Assembly: GCA_015062305.1 (NCBI GenBank)
Contig: SUUX01000006.1
Coordinates: forward strand, 8,116 to 72,115
Length of the DNA: 64,000 bases
Source of the DNA: Alphaproteobacteria bacterium
Lineage (GTDB): Bacteria > Pseudomonadota > Alphaproteobacteria > RF32 > CAG-239
Direction: 5' to 3'
Position 1 is the stretch's first letter; each line of letters begins with the position of its first letter. This document shows positions 1 through 8,597 of the stretch, in pieces. The position numbers were made by a program, and so were the translations under genes. The notes beneath the pieces were generated by a model. The model had not been told where the DNA came from. It ran no database searches and was given only the letters and a program-made list of their open reading frames with translations.

Positions 1-162
1 CCCCAGTTTTTTAACCGCCTCAAAAGGGAAGTCTTCCTCTCTTGCTTTAACTTCTTGCAAACACAACACATCTGGCTTTGTTAATGCGCAAAAAAGCTCC
101 AAAGCATCAAGTCGTATTCTTATCGAATTAACATTCCAAGTTGCAAGTCTCAAACATCCCAT
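1..162 (-). CDS. xthA: Exodeoxyribonuclease III (AP endonuclease), N-terminal part; the gene continues beyond the window start
   Basis: Minus-strand translation from the ATG at 162 gives MGCLRLATWNVNSIRIRLDALELFCALTKPDVLCLQEVKAREEDFPFEAVKKLG. The ATWNVNS...LCLQE pattern is the ExoIII/APE N-terminal signature. No stop before position 1. Confidence 0.75.
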   Translation of the reverse strand, partial: MGCLRLATWNVNSIRIRLDALELFCALTKPDVLCLQEVKAREEDFPFEAVKKLG

Positions 163-163
163 T

Positions 164-787
164 TTATCTTTTTTTATATCCTTTTATCGCAGATTTCTTT
201 TCTTTAAACTTAAATATTTTATCATCTAGAGGCTTATCTTTTTGTGTATCATACAAAGAAACAGCGACCTCTACACTTTGAGGATCCACTATTCTCCACT
301 GTTTTAACTCCATCGGATTATTCGAAAACACCAACGTAATTGGCCCTAAATCGCCTTTATCGGCATAATCAAGAGTTATCGAAGTAGAACCTGTATCTTG
401 ATAAAAATCCGTAACTTTGATTTTTTCACCATCTATTTTAATATCATTTGCCAATATTAACGATGCAGGAATATCATCATAATCAATATGCGTAACTTGT
501 TTCAACTCTGTGTCATTATATACAATAAAATTACCATCTCCGACTATCAATACATTCACCGGGTCAGCATATTCCATTCTAATTTTATTTGGTTTTTTTA
601 TAAATAACCGTCCTTCTGCCGTAGCGCCATTGCTAGCCATTTGCACAAAAGTAGCTTCCAAACTTTTTATATTGTTCAAATATGCTTCTATTCTACTAAT
701 ATTCTCAGCACTTTGTGCTCTTGCAGACGTAGCAAACAAAACACCAAACGCTAAAAACAGCCATTTTTTCATTTTACAAAACCTCAT
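164..787 (-). CDS. lolA: Outer-membrane lipoprotein carrier protein LolA family (periplasmic chaperone)
   Basis: 207 aa. N-terminal signal peptide MKKWLFLAFGVLFATSARA followed by an ...EAYLNNIKSLEATFVQ... block typical of LolA. Size fits. Confidence 0.6.
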   Translation of the reverse strand: MRFCKMKKWLFLAFGVLFATSARAQSAENISRIEAYLNNIKSLEATFVQMASNGATAEGRLFIKKPNKIRMEYADPVNVLIVGDGNFIVYNDTELKQVTHIDYDDIPASLILANDIKIDGEKIKVTDFYQDTGSTSITLDYADKGDLGPITLVFSNNPMELKQWRIVDPQSVEVAVSLYDTQKDKPLDDKIFKFKEKKSAIKGYKKR

Positions 788-857
788 TCATAAATATCAT
801 TTCAAACAGCATTATATAATCAATAAATAAAAATAGTAAACACAAAGAATGCCCCCT

Positions 858-895
858 GTCAGCAAAACTTGACAAGAGGCATATCTATTTTACCT
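858..895 (-). terminator. Putative intrinsic terminator for the small ORF at 901..1050
   Basis: On the minus strand, 5 nt after the TAA stop: AUGCCUCUUGUCA / UGACAGGGGGCAU forms a 13-bp stem with 2 G-U pairs and an 8-nt loop, followed by UCUUUGUGUUU. Confidence 0.45.
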
Positions 896-900
896 AAAAA

Positions 901-1050
901 TTAATACTTAGAACTACACCCACAACCGCATCCGCTACCAGAAGATGACTTTGTCTCATTGTTATTATTATTTTCTTTAGATGTTGATGATTTCGTATTT
1001 TTTGCAGAGGCCATTTTGCTTGGGTTGTCTCTCATATCTTTACATGACAT
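901..1050 (-). CDS. Unannotated small ORF (49 aa), Cys/Gly-rich C-terminus: MSCKDMRDNPSKMASAKNTKSSTSKENNNNNETKSSSGSGCGCGCSSKY
   Basis: AGGAG sits 7 nt upstream of the ATG at 1050. The frame is open to the TAA at 901-903 and is followed by its own hairpin terminator. Below the 60-aa cutoff of the ORF track. Confidence 0.4.
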   Translation of the reverse strand: MSCKDMRDNPSKMASAKNTKSSTSKENNNNNETKSSSGSGCGCGCSSKY

Positions 1051-1145
1051 TATTTTTCTCCTAATAAATTAACAATTACGTACAAAAATCAATTTAAGAT
1101 ACTAAACAACAAAAACAATACACCCTAACCAAATAGTTACCTCTT

Positions 1146-2096
1146 TCACAATGCCCCATTACGACTTTTGAATACACCATCTTCAAAACCCTGAATAGTC
1201 GAGTTTTCATCTGCCATATCTAGCCTTTTTAAAGCCAAAGCCACATATTCTTTTTCTCTTTCGATTCCCAAAAATCGTCTTTTCAATTTTTTAGCTGTAA
1301 CTGCCGTAGTCCCAGATCCCAAAAAAGGATCAAACACCATATCGCCCTCATTACTTGAGGCCAATATCAATTTTGCTATCAGTTTCTCGGGTTTTTGAGT
1401 TGGATGAGATGTATTTTCAGGCATCGACCAAAATGGAATAGATATATCTGTCCATACATTAGAAGGCGATGTTAACCTATATTTTTGCCCTTCTGTTTCT
1501 GTCCAATCTTTCGGTTTTCCTTTTCCATCTCTATACGGAGCCAAAACCGGCCGTTGTATTTTTACAGCATCCAAATTAAACGTATAATTTTTTGTCTTAG
1601 AAAAAAACCATATATCTTCCAAACAATTTTTCCAATTATTTAGCGCCCCTCTTCCTTTTTCTCTTTCCCAAGAAATTCTATTTTGCAAAACAAAATATTT
1701 TCCTGCCACCTCCGGAATAAACAAAGATGTCTTCCAATCAGAACAAATATACACAGAAGCATCTTCCTTTAACAATCTTACAGTTTTTGATAACCATTGA
1801 TCCATCCACTTAATATATTCTTTAGCTTCCATTTCCTTAAATATATTTTTCCCAAAATTTTTGGTAATATTATAAGGAGGATCTACAATCATCAAATCCA
1901 CAAAATTATCTGGCAATAGATCCATCGCTTTCAAACAATCTTGATAAATTACCTGATTTTCAACATCGGATTCTTTTGCTTGTTTTTTTAAATTCAAAGA
2001 CTGAGAAACATATAAAGCTGCCTCGATTCGAGACAGCTCAATTGTTTTATTTCTTGGCGCTTTAGTTTTTTTCGCCGCCACGCTATTCTTCCCCAA
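1146..2096 (-). CDS. Beta-class N6-adenine (or N4-cytosine) DNA methyltransferase, CcrM/M.HinfI-like, orphan
   Basis: Motif IV MIVDPPYN near the N-terminus. HPTQKPEKLI and motif I FDPFLGSGTTAVTA lie C-terminal, ending FLGIEREKEY. This order matches CcrM/HinfI-type beta-class MTases. No restriction endonuclease neighbour. Confidence 0.85.
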   Translation of the reverse strand: MGKNSVAAKKTKAPRNKTIELSRIEAALYVSQSLNLKKQAKESDVENQVIYQDCLKAMDLLPDNFVDLMIVDPPYNITKNFGKNIFKEMEAKEYIKWMDQWLSKTVRLLKEDASVYICSDWKTSLFIPEVAGKYFVLQNRISWEREKGRGALNNWKNCLEDIWFFSKTKNYTFNLDAVKIQRPVLAPYRDGKGKPKDWTETEGQKYRLTSPSNVWTDISIPFWSMPENTSHPTQKPEKLIAKLILASSNEGDMVFDPFLGSGTTAVTAKKLKRRFLGIEREKEYVALALKRLDMADENSTIQGFEDGVFKSRNGAL

Positions 2097-2358
2097 ACTT
2101 ATTGTCCAACAAATTTTCCAAAGCTTCCATTGCCTCTGCTGCTTGAGCTCCTGAGCAAGAAACTTTAATTGTAGTTCCCTTCGAAGCCGCCAGCATCATC
2201 AAGCCCATAATCGAGCAACCATCAACTTTTTGCCCAATTCTTTCCACCTCTACAACCGCATCAAAAGGCTCCAATGTCTTCACAAAAGCAGCCGCTGCTC
2301 TTGCGTGCAGTCCTTTTTTATTTTTTATTTCCAAATCTTTAGAACAACAATTAGCCAT
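2083..2358 (-). CDS. ptsH: Phosphocarrier protein HPr
   Basis: 91 aa. GLHARAAAAFV...GCSIMGLMML... is an HPr fold signature. Adjacent to EIIA-Man, as in the alphaproteobacterial regulatory PTS. Confidence 0.85.
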   Translation of the reverse strand: MANCCSKDLEIKNKKGLHARAAAAFVKTLEPFDAVVEVERIGQKVDGCSIMGLMMLAASKGTTIKVSCSGAQAAEAMEALENLLDNKFGEE

Positions 2359-2360
2359 CG

Positions 2361-2765
2361 CTATACTCCCAAGAGCTGTGATGCAATATTAATATATTTT
2401 TTCCCGGCATCTTGAGCTCCTTCTACGGTAGATTTTAAATCTTTTTCTTTACGCAACGTGGCAATTTTTATCAACATTGGCAAATTCATTCCAGCCAAAA
2501 TTTCCACTTTTGCCTTATCCATAATAGAAATAGCCAAATTAGAAGGGGTTCCGCCAAACATATCTGTCAAAACCACCACTCCATTTCCGCTATTAACTTC
2601 TTCTACTTTTTTGATAATTTCAACACGGCGTTGCTCCATATCATCTTCCGGGCCAATACAAACAGCTGCAACTTGCTCTTGCTTTCCAACCACATGTTGC
2701 ATTGCAGAAATAAATTCATTCGCTAAATTACCGTGGGTCACCAAAACCAAACCTATCATTGTCAC
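2361..2765 (-). CDS. PTS EIIA component, mannose/fructose (EIIA-Man) family
   Basis: 134 aa. N-terminal MIGLVLVTHGNLANEF with the active-site His region. Typical alphaproteobacterial EIIA-Man-ptsH pair. Confidence 0.8.
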   Translation of the reverse strand: MTMIGLVLVTHGNLANEFISAMQHVVGKQEQVAAVCIGPEDDMEQRRVEIIKKVEEVNSGNGVVVLTDMFGGTPSNLAISIMDKAKVEILAGMNLPMLIKIATLRKEKDLKSTVEGAQDAGKKYINIASQLLGV

Positions 2766-2770
2766 CTCTG

Positions 2771-3193
2771 CTATTTTTCACCACACGACCAAACTTTTAC
2801 AGCTCCAAATTGCTGCAACAACTCATCTTTGCTTTTTGCCTTAACTAATTCATCTGCTCTGGTCGATTTTCCTTCAAATACAATTTCTTCAACATTATCA
2901 ACAGGAACGCCATATGTACGCTCAACCATTTTTCCCTTAAGCTCAACAATTAGCACAAACTCCGATTCTGCCAAAGGAGCAACCGTTTCTTCATTTATTC
3001 CGTCCAAACGCACAGCTAAGTGAGCATCTCTTTTAAGCAAAGCCGTCTTTTTACCATCAAACTCCAACACAGGTTCTTTAGGAGCCCCTTCTCTAGCATC
3101 AATAAATATCGCCAACTCGCCATATTTATTTTCGATAATTTCATAAAAATCTTGTTTTTCTATCAATGTATAATACTGAGTTTCCATCTCCAT
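2771..3193 (-). CDS. Hypothetical protein (140 aa), first gene of the EIIA-HPr-methylase cluster
   Basis: Clean ORF, 5 nt from the EIIA gene. No recognisable motif; in particular no Walker A. Confidence 0.5.
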   Translation of the reverse strand: MEMETQYYTLIEKQDFYEIIENKYGELAIFIDAREGAPKEPVLEFDGKKTALLKRDAHLAVRLDGINEETVAPLAESEFVLIVELKGKMVERTYGVPVDNVEEIVFEGKSTRADELVKAKSKDELLQQFGAVKVWSCGEK

Positions 3194-3261
3194 CGCCCCA
3201 TATTGTTTTTTTATAAAATATTAAAGATATAATATTATAATAATTCAAAAGTGTCAATTTA

Positions 3262-5028
3262 GTGTTAAAAAGAACTCTACTAATGGAAAAAACAGCATCA
3301 AAATTTATCTGGCATTATGTAAAAATATTTAAATGGGCTTTTTTACTAATGCTTTTATTGCTTGTTATCGGTCAGACTTGTCGTCAGTTTATGCCTTATT
3401 ATCTGGCCCAAACTTACGAAACTGTTTCGGCTTTTGCTTCCACTCCCAATGCATGGCAAAACATCCTCAAATGCATAACTCTTGCCTTTATCCTTCAATT
3501 ATTAGGAACAAGCGTTCCAAACAGTGGTTTCCTCATTGTAGCCAAAATAGCACCCAAGCTAAGAACTATCGTAATCAGAGATGTATTTGACTATGTCAAC
3601 AAACATTCTATTGCTTATTTTTCAGAAGAAATGGCTGGCAATATTTCTAACAAAGTCCAGCAACTTCAAAGCGGAACAGCAGAAATATTTCAACATTGTC
3701 TAGACAGCATCTGGAGTGTTTGCTATGCCTCTATTGGCATAATAGTCCTCAGCTCGGTCAGTTTGTGGCTAACTCCCGTCTTTGCCTTTTGGGTTTTTTG
3801 CATGCTTCTTGTTGGCTTACACCTTGGAAACAAACTACACAAACTATCCAAAGAATCTTCTTCAAAACAAAGCCTTGCCAACGGCATGATTGTAGATTCT
3901 ATTGCAAATTATAGCGAGATAAAAAGCTTTGCTAATTTCAAATACGAAAGATTAAACCTACTAAAAACGCTCAAAACGCTACGCACCGCCGAAACCAAAG
4001 AAGAGTTTGGACGAGCTGTTATTATATTCACCCAACACACTATCACCGTTTGCTCTTTCTTCGGGTTTCTCATCTATACAGCCGTCCTTTTCAAAAACAA
4101 CATCTTAAGTCCAACAGACTTTATTTTTGTAAATGGCTTATTTACAACAATGAACGGTGTTGTTTTCAACATTACATGGACATACAACCAGCTTTCTCGC
4201 ATATTTGGAAAAATAAATTCCGCCCTAGACACCATTGCCACAACTCCGGAAATTGTAGATACGCCCAATGCCAAAAAGCTTAATACATCTAAAGCTCAAA
4301 TATCCTTCCAAAATGTAGATTTTGCATACAAAAACAACCACCAAATTTTTAACAACCTTAACATTAACATCAAGCCAGGAGAAAAAATTGGACTTGTCGG
4401 TCCCAGTGGCTCCGGCAAATCAACCTTCATAAAACTATTAGCCAGGTATTATGACATAAATAATGGCTCCATTCAAATAAATGGCTCAGATATCCGCTCC
4501 TTTACACAAGATTCTTTACACAAACACATTGCGACCATACCACAAGATGTATGCCTATTCAATCGGAGCCTAAAAGAAAACATTCGTTACGGTAAGACCA
4601 ATGCCTCAGATAAAGAAATCATATCTGCCGCAAAAAAAGCATCAGCACATGAGTTTATAAAAAATCTTTCAGAAGGATACGATTCTAAAGTTGGAGATAG
4701 AGGAGTAATCCTATCTGGAGGAGAACGACAAAGAATAGCCATTGCCAGAGCAATCTTAAAAGATGCTCCCATCTTAATTTTTGATGAAGCAACTTCTGCT
4801 CTAGATAGTGAAAACGAGAAACACATACAAGCGTCTTTATCTAAACTTATGAAAGGGAAAACGGTAATTGCCGTTGCCCACAGACTTTCCACTCTAAGAG
4901 AAATGGATAGGATAATCTATCTAGAAAAAGGCAAAATTATTGAAGAAGGATCTCACGATTCTCTTCTCAAACAAAATGGCAAATATGCCAAACTATTCAA
5001 CATTCAATCTGGCGGTTTTGTCAAATGA
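3262..5028 (+). CDS. ABC transporter, fused permease/ATP-binding protein (MsbA/exporter type)
   Basis: 588 aa. N-terminal 6-TM domain. Walker A GPSGSGKST, signature LSGGERQRIAIARA, Walker B ILIFDEATSALD. Confidence 0.9.
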   Translation: MLKRTLLMEKTASKFIWHYVKIFKWAFLLMLLLLVIGQTCRQFMPYYLAQTYETVSAFASTPNAWQNILKCITLAFILQLLGTSVPNSGFLIVAKIAPKLRTIVIRDVFDYVNKHSIAYFSEEMAGNISNKVQQLQSGTAEIFQHCLDSIWSVCYASIGIIVLSSVSLWLTPVFAFWVFCMLLVGLHLGNKLHKLSKESSSKQSLANGMIVDSIANYSEIKSFANFKYERLNLLKTLKTLRTAETKEEFGRAVIIFTQHTITVCSFFGFLIYTAVLFKNNILSPTDFIFVNGLFTTMNGVVFNITWTYNQLSRIFGKINSALDTIATTPEIVDTPNAKKLNTSKAQISFQNVDFAYKNNHQIFNNLNINIKPGEKIGLVGPSGSGKSTFIKLLARYYDINNGSIQINGSDIRSFTQDSLHKHIATIPQDVCLFNRSLKENIRYGKTNASDKEIISAAKKASAHEFIKNLSEGYDSKVGDRGVILSGGERQRIAIARAILKDAPILIFDEATSALDSENEKHIQASLSKLMKGKTVIAVAHRLSTLREMDRIIYLEKGKIIEEGSHDSLLKQNGKYAKLFNIQSGGFVK

Positions 5029-5807
5029 ACGATTTATACGAAATAGATATCCAAGAATTATTGTCAGAAGCATCAAAACAAGCCTTTTTAGCAGAACAAA
5101 ACGCAGAGCTGTTTAGTGAAGACCCTTCCAAAATTAGCGAAGTAGGCAACCGAGCCTACAAACAACACATTCTACAATTTATAAAACAAATTCAAACATA
5201 CCTTCCACAAATCACAACAGAAAGTATTTCTATTCTTATTTTTATGCTAATAAATTTAAACATAGATTCCGAAGACGAAGAAGAAATAATCAATTGTTTA
5301 AACATCCTATCCTCACAAGCAAATCTTCGCATTTCTAACTATTTAAATACAAGAAATCTCACATCAACCACGCAACAACCTTCATCTATTGATTTTTTAT
5401 TAAAAATTTTTCCATACAATGAAATAGAAGCCGTCGAAAACATGTTAAAAACATTGCATGAAAAATCTCTATATCTGGATGTCATTGCCAAAAACCCACA
5501 AATTTCTCAAAAAATAAAAAAAGAAATAACTATTCAACATCAACAAATAGCCACCATTTCTCAAGACATCATAAACATCAAGAAGCAACAACATCTTCTA
5601 TCTCAAAAAACACAAAAACAACTCCAAGAACAACAAAAAAGAGACCAAATTCGCCTCAAAAACAAACAACTTATCAACCAAGAGTTTCAAAACAGGCGCA
5701 ACCGTAAAATTGCAACAAAAATCAGTGAAAAAAACAACCAAGAATTAACTAAACAAGATATCAAAAAAATAAAAATTAAAATTATCTCGAACAAAAAATC
5801 TCGATAA
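5025..5807 (+). CDS. Hypothetical Q/K/N-rich low-complexity protein (260 aa), translationally coupled to the ABC exporter
   Basis: Start ATG overlaps the exporter stop (ATGA). Acidic DSEDEEE patch, then a long Q/K-rich predicted coiled-coil tail. No homology recognised. Confidence 0.5.
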   Translation: MNDLYEIDIQELLSEASKQAFLAEQNAELFSEDPSKISEVGNRAYKQHILQFIKQIQTYLPQITTESISILIFMLINLNIDSEDEEEIINCLNILSSQANLRISNYLNTRNLTSTTQQPSSIDFLLKIFPYNEIEAVENMLKTLHEKSLYLDVIAKNPQISQKIKKEITIQHQQIATISQDIINIKKQQHLLSQKTQKQLQEQQKRDQIRLKNKQLINQEFQNRRNRKIATKISEKNNQELTKQDIKKIKIKIISNKKSR

Positions 5808-6914
5808 TCAACCGTCCTCCAAATGCAACAACAAAGACACACTTATCAATGCCGCTATCAATGCCGGAGTAGAAACCGCCAATCCAACGGGAATGTAACC
5901 ATTAATCCCAAAAGCATAAACCAACTGTGTTAAGAAATATACTATAAATCCCGTAGATATCCCCCCCACAATCAAAAACATTACCCCTCCTCGACGATTA
6001 TTTGGCCTCAAAGCAAAAACCGCCGCAACCAAAACCATTGCGCATAACAAAAAAGGAGAAACCAACAAAGATAAATATCTCAACCTATGTCGCTGAGCCG
6101 AAAAACCGGACATTTCATAGAAACGTATAGTATCTGGCAGATCCCAAAAAGAAATAGCTTCTGGCGCCGCAAAATTTTCTTTAATTCTTTCCACATCAAG
6201 AGTTGTTTTATACGTAAGACTATTTTTTATCTCTGTAGGATACCCTGATTTAAAAATCCTCACATCTTTCAAATCAAAAAAACCGTCTTTTAACGTACCG
6301 GCAAAGGCTTCCAACCGTCTGCCTGGCTGAGAGCGCCTATCCATTTCCAAAATAGTAATTCCTCGCAAAAACAAGTCGTCCTTTTCTTGACGCAAAGAAT
6401 TGGCTTGCAAAACCATGATATTGTCATCATCTATTGCTTCTCTAATCCACAGACCTTTATCCGAAAATAAAACAGCTTTCGGATTTTTAGTTTTTAATCG
6501 ATATTCCAAAGTCTCATATAAATCATACATATCAGCAGCAATTGGATTCACCAATGCCACATTTACAACACCAACCATAAAAACCGTAACCAACACAGGA
6601 GTCAAAAAACCCCAAATAGAAACTCCGGCAGCTCGCATAACCACAAATTCATTTGTTTTACTAACCTTCCAAAAGGTTACCATTGCAGAAATCATAACCA
6701 CAAAAGGAAACACCATCTCTATTGTCTTTGGCATTTTTGTAATAGCCAATTCCAAAACATACCAAAAGCTCACCTCATAACGCCCTGAAGTTCTTCGCAA
6801 CAACTCCACCACCTCAAATAGCATTATAACGCTCAACACCATAAACAACACAGCCAAGAAATTTAGCAAAATTTGCTTAGTTAAATAGCGCCCCAAAATA
6901 GATGTTGGTTTCAT
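5808..6914 (-). CDS. LPS export ABC permease, LptF/LptG (YjgP/YjgQ) family
   Basis: 368 aa. N-terminal ILGRYLTKQILLNFLAVLFMVL... and 6 TM with a large periplasmic loop. A paralog at 49284 sits next to lptD. Confidence 0.8.
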   Translation of the reverse strand: MKPTSILGRYLTKQILLNFLAVLFMVLSVIMLFEVVELLRRTSGRYEVSFWYVLELAITKMPKTIEMVFPFVVMISAMVTFWKVSKTNEFVVMRAAGVSIWGFLTPVLVTVFMVGVVNVALVNPIAADMYDLYETLEYRLKTKNPKAVLFSDKGLWIREAIDDDNIMVLQANSLRQEKDDLFLRGITILEMDRRSQPGRRLEAFAGTLKDGFFDLKDVRIFKSGYPTEIKNSLTYKTTLDVERIKENFAAPEAISFWDLPDTIRFYEMSGFSAQRHRLRYLSLLVSPFLLCAMVLVAAVFALRPNNRRGGVMFLIVGGISTGFIVYFLTQLVYAFGINGYIPVGLAVSTPALIAALISVSLLLHLEDG

Positions 6915-6986
6915 TTTTTTCTACTTCAAAATATTCAATACATGCCTCAAAATAACGCCAAAAAGCTCTCTTGGCAACATATTTAA

Positions 6987-7940
6987 TCAAAATTTACCCG
7001 TACTATCATTATTTTTTTCAATCAACCTCGAAATATAATTATTTATTGAATCGGGCAGAATAACAACAAATTTCTTATTCTCAAAATTTTCTCTTTGCAC
7101 CAAATCATAGGCAGCCTTCAACGATGCTCCGGCCGATATCCCAACAGGTAATCCTTCTAATTTGGCCACTTCAGCCGCAGTAAACCAAGCATCTTCATCA
7201 GAAACGACCATTACCTCATCAACAAGAGCCTTATCATATAACGGCGGCACAAACCCCGATCCTATTCCCGGAATATCATGAGGGCCAATATTTCCACCAC
7301 TCAAAGCGGCACTAGATTTCGGCTCCACAGCAACAACATACAAATCTGGATTATAAGTCTTTAATGTAGATGCAATCCCACTAAGAGTTCCAGATGTTCC
7401 TACTGCTGCCACCAAAACATCAATTTCACCTTTAGTATCTTCCATAATCTCCATGCTTGTTCCAAATCTATGAGCATCAACATTTGCCTTATTAATAAAT
7501 TGCTCAAACATCACCACATTAGGATTTTTTTCTCTCAGTAAATCTGCTTTGGCCAAAGCTCCTTTCATTCCATCTTCTTTAGGTGTCAAAATAACTTCTG
7601 CACCAAAATAGCGCATTATCACAACTCTTTCTTTGCTCATATTTTCGGGCATTGTCACCACAAGTTTATACCCTTTTGCCGCACACATTGCTGCCAATGC
7701 AATCCCTGTATTTCCGCTTGTTGCCTCAACAAAAATAGTGTTTTCGTTAACCAAACCGTCTTTTTCCGCTTGTTCAATCATTTTCAATGCAGCTCTGTCC
7801 TTAACTGAGAATAAAGGATTATAAAACTCACATTTTGCCAACATACAGGCTCGCAAATTTTTTCTTCTTTCCCAATTGCACAATCTGACCAGAGGAGTTT
7901 TTCCGACAATTTCTGTAATTGAACTAAAAATCTTCTTCAT
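6987..7940 (-). CDS. cysK: Cysteine synthase A (O-acetylserine sulfhydrylase)
   Basis: PLP-lysine motif NPLFSVKDRAALKMI. TSGNTGIALAAMCAAKGY. 317 aa. Confidence 0.9.
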   Translation of the reverse strand: MKKIFSSITEIVGKTPLVRLCNWERRKNLRACMLAKCEFYNPLFSVKDRAALKMIEQAEKDGLVNENTIFVEATSGNTGIALAAMCAAKGYKLVVTMPENMSKERVVIMRYFGAEVILTPKEDGMKGALAKADLLREKNPNVVMFEQFINKANVDAHRFGTSMEIMEDTKGEIDVLVAAVGTSGTLSGIASTLKTYNPDLYVVAVEPKSSAALSGGNIGPHDIPGIGSGFVPPLYDKALVDEVMVVSDEDAWFTAAEVAKLEGLPVGISAGASLKAAYDLVQRENFENKKFVVILPDSINNYISRLIEKNNDSTGKF

Positions 7941-8036
7941 TTCTTATCCTTTATTGTTCATAAGCAACAAATTATACTGGTATAGAACTACCGCTACTGA
8001 TAATATCATATCGTAAAAAAAACTTGCAATAAAGAA

Positions 8037-8597
8037 ATGAAACACTCAGTTAACACTTTTTTTTATTTATTGGCATTAATGCTCTTCCCTGGAATGTCAT
8101 TTGCTTCCAGCTTAGATGATTTGTACCGCGATGTAATTCGCTCAGACAATCAGGGATACCTACCAATGTTTATAAAAAACAGAGCCGAGCCAGATGTTTT
8201 ATCTGAAGAAACACTTCTAAACCAAGTTATAGAAAAACAGCCTTCAACCCAAAACTTCACAAAATCTATCAATCTTACAAATGAACGCCGCCAAAAAGAA
8301 GAAGAACGTATCGCAAAAGAATTACAATGGCAAGAAACCCTCAAGGCTATTGCCGAAAATCGTGTCACTCCGCTAGACCTAGAAGAAATCAATCTCCGAG
8401 CATCTCAAAAAGAACCTAAAGCTATAGAAGTTTTAGCATGGATGTACACTAAAGGAGTCGGCGTACAAAAAGACTTCGTCGCTGCTTTCCGCCTATACAG
8501 ACAAGCAGAAACCCTCCAAGTTCCCCAAGCAAAAGAAAACGCCATCAAAGTCTACAAAGCTATGGATTCTCATCAAAGAGAAGAACTAAGCAAATAA
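8037..8597 (+). CDS. Secreted hypothetical protein with a Sel1-like (TPR-family) repeat
   Basis: Signal peptide MKHSVNTFFYLLALMLFPGMSFASS. Single Sel1-like unit AIEVLAWMYTKGVGVQKDFVAAFRLYRQAE. Confidence 0.5.
   Translation: MKHSVNTFFYLLALMLFPGMSFASSLDDLYRDVIRSDNQGYLPMFIKNRAEPDVLSEETLLNQVIEKQPSTQNFTKSINLTNERRQKEEERIAKELQWQETLKAIAENRVTPLDLEEINLRASQKEPKAIEVLAWMYTKGVGVQKDFVAAFRLYRQAETLQVPQAKENAIKVYKAMDSHQREELSK

Noticed and set aside
510-830. Many ORF-track entries lying antisense to or inside well-supported genes. Examples: 510..830, 2230..2415, 2458..2844, 2733..3023, 4587..4892, 6400..6780, 15162..15641, 17213..17794, 19117..19690, 36465..37013, 37263..37856, 38568..39230, 40181..40716, 45191..45583, 46607..47063, 47378..48558.
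   Set aside because: These are shadow ORFs of AT-rich coding regions. They have no RBS, and their translations are low-complexity or rich in rare residues. The opposite-strand gene has clear family motifs in each case.
2771-3193. Considered the first gene of the EIIA-HPr cluster as the truncated alphaproteobacterial HprK
   Set aside because: No Walker A / P-loop (GxxGxGKS) anywhere in the 140-aa sequence. Left as hypothetical.
3262-5028. ABC exporter as part of a type I secretion system
   Set aside because: No membrane-fusion protein or TolC gene is adjacent. Only the coupled low-complexity ORF is present, and it is reported as a finding rather than called a T1SS.
5808-6914. The separation of one LptF/G paralog (5808..6914) from the other (49284..50432) as a sign of rearrangement
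   Set aside because: Both are intact with proper family N-termini. Dispersed lptF and lptG genes are common in reduced genomes, so this is not informative on its own.
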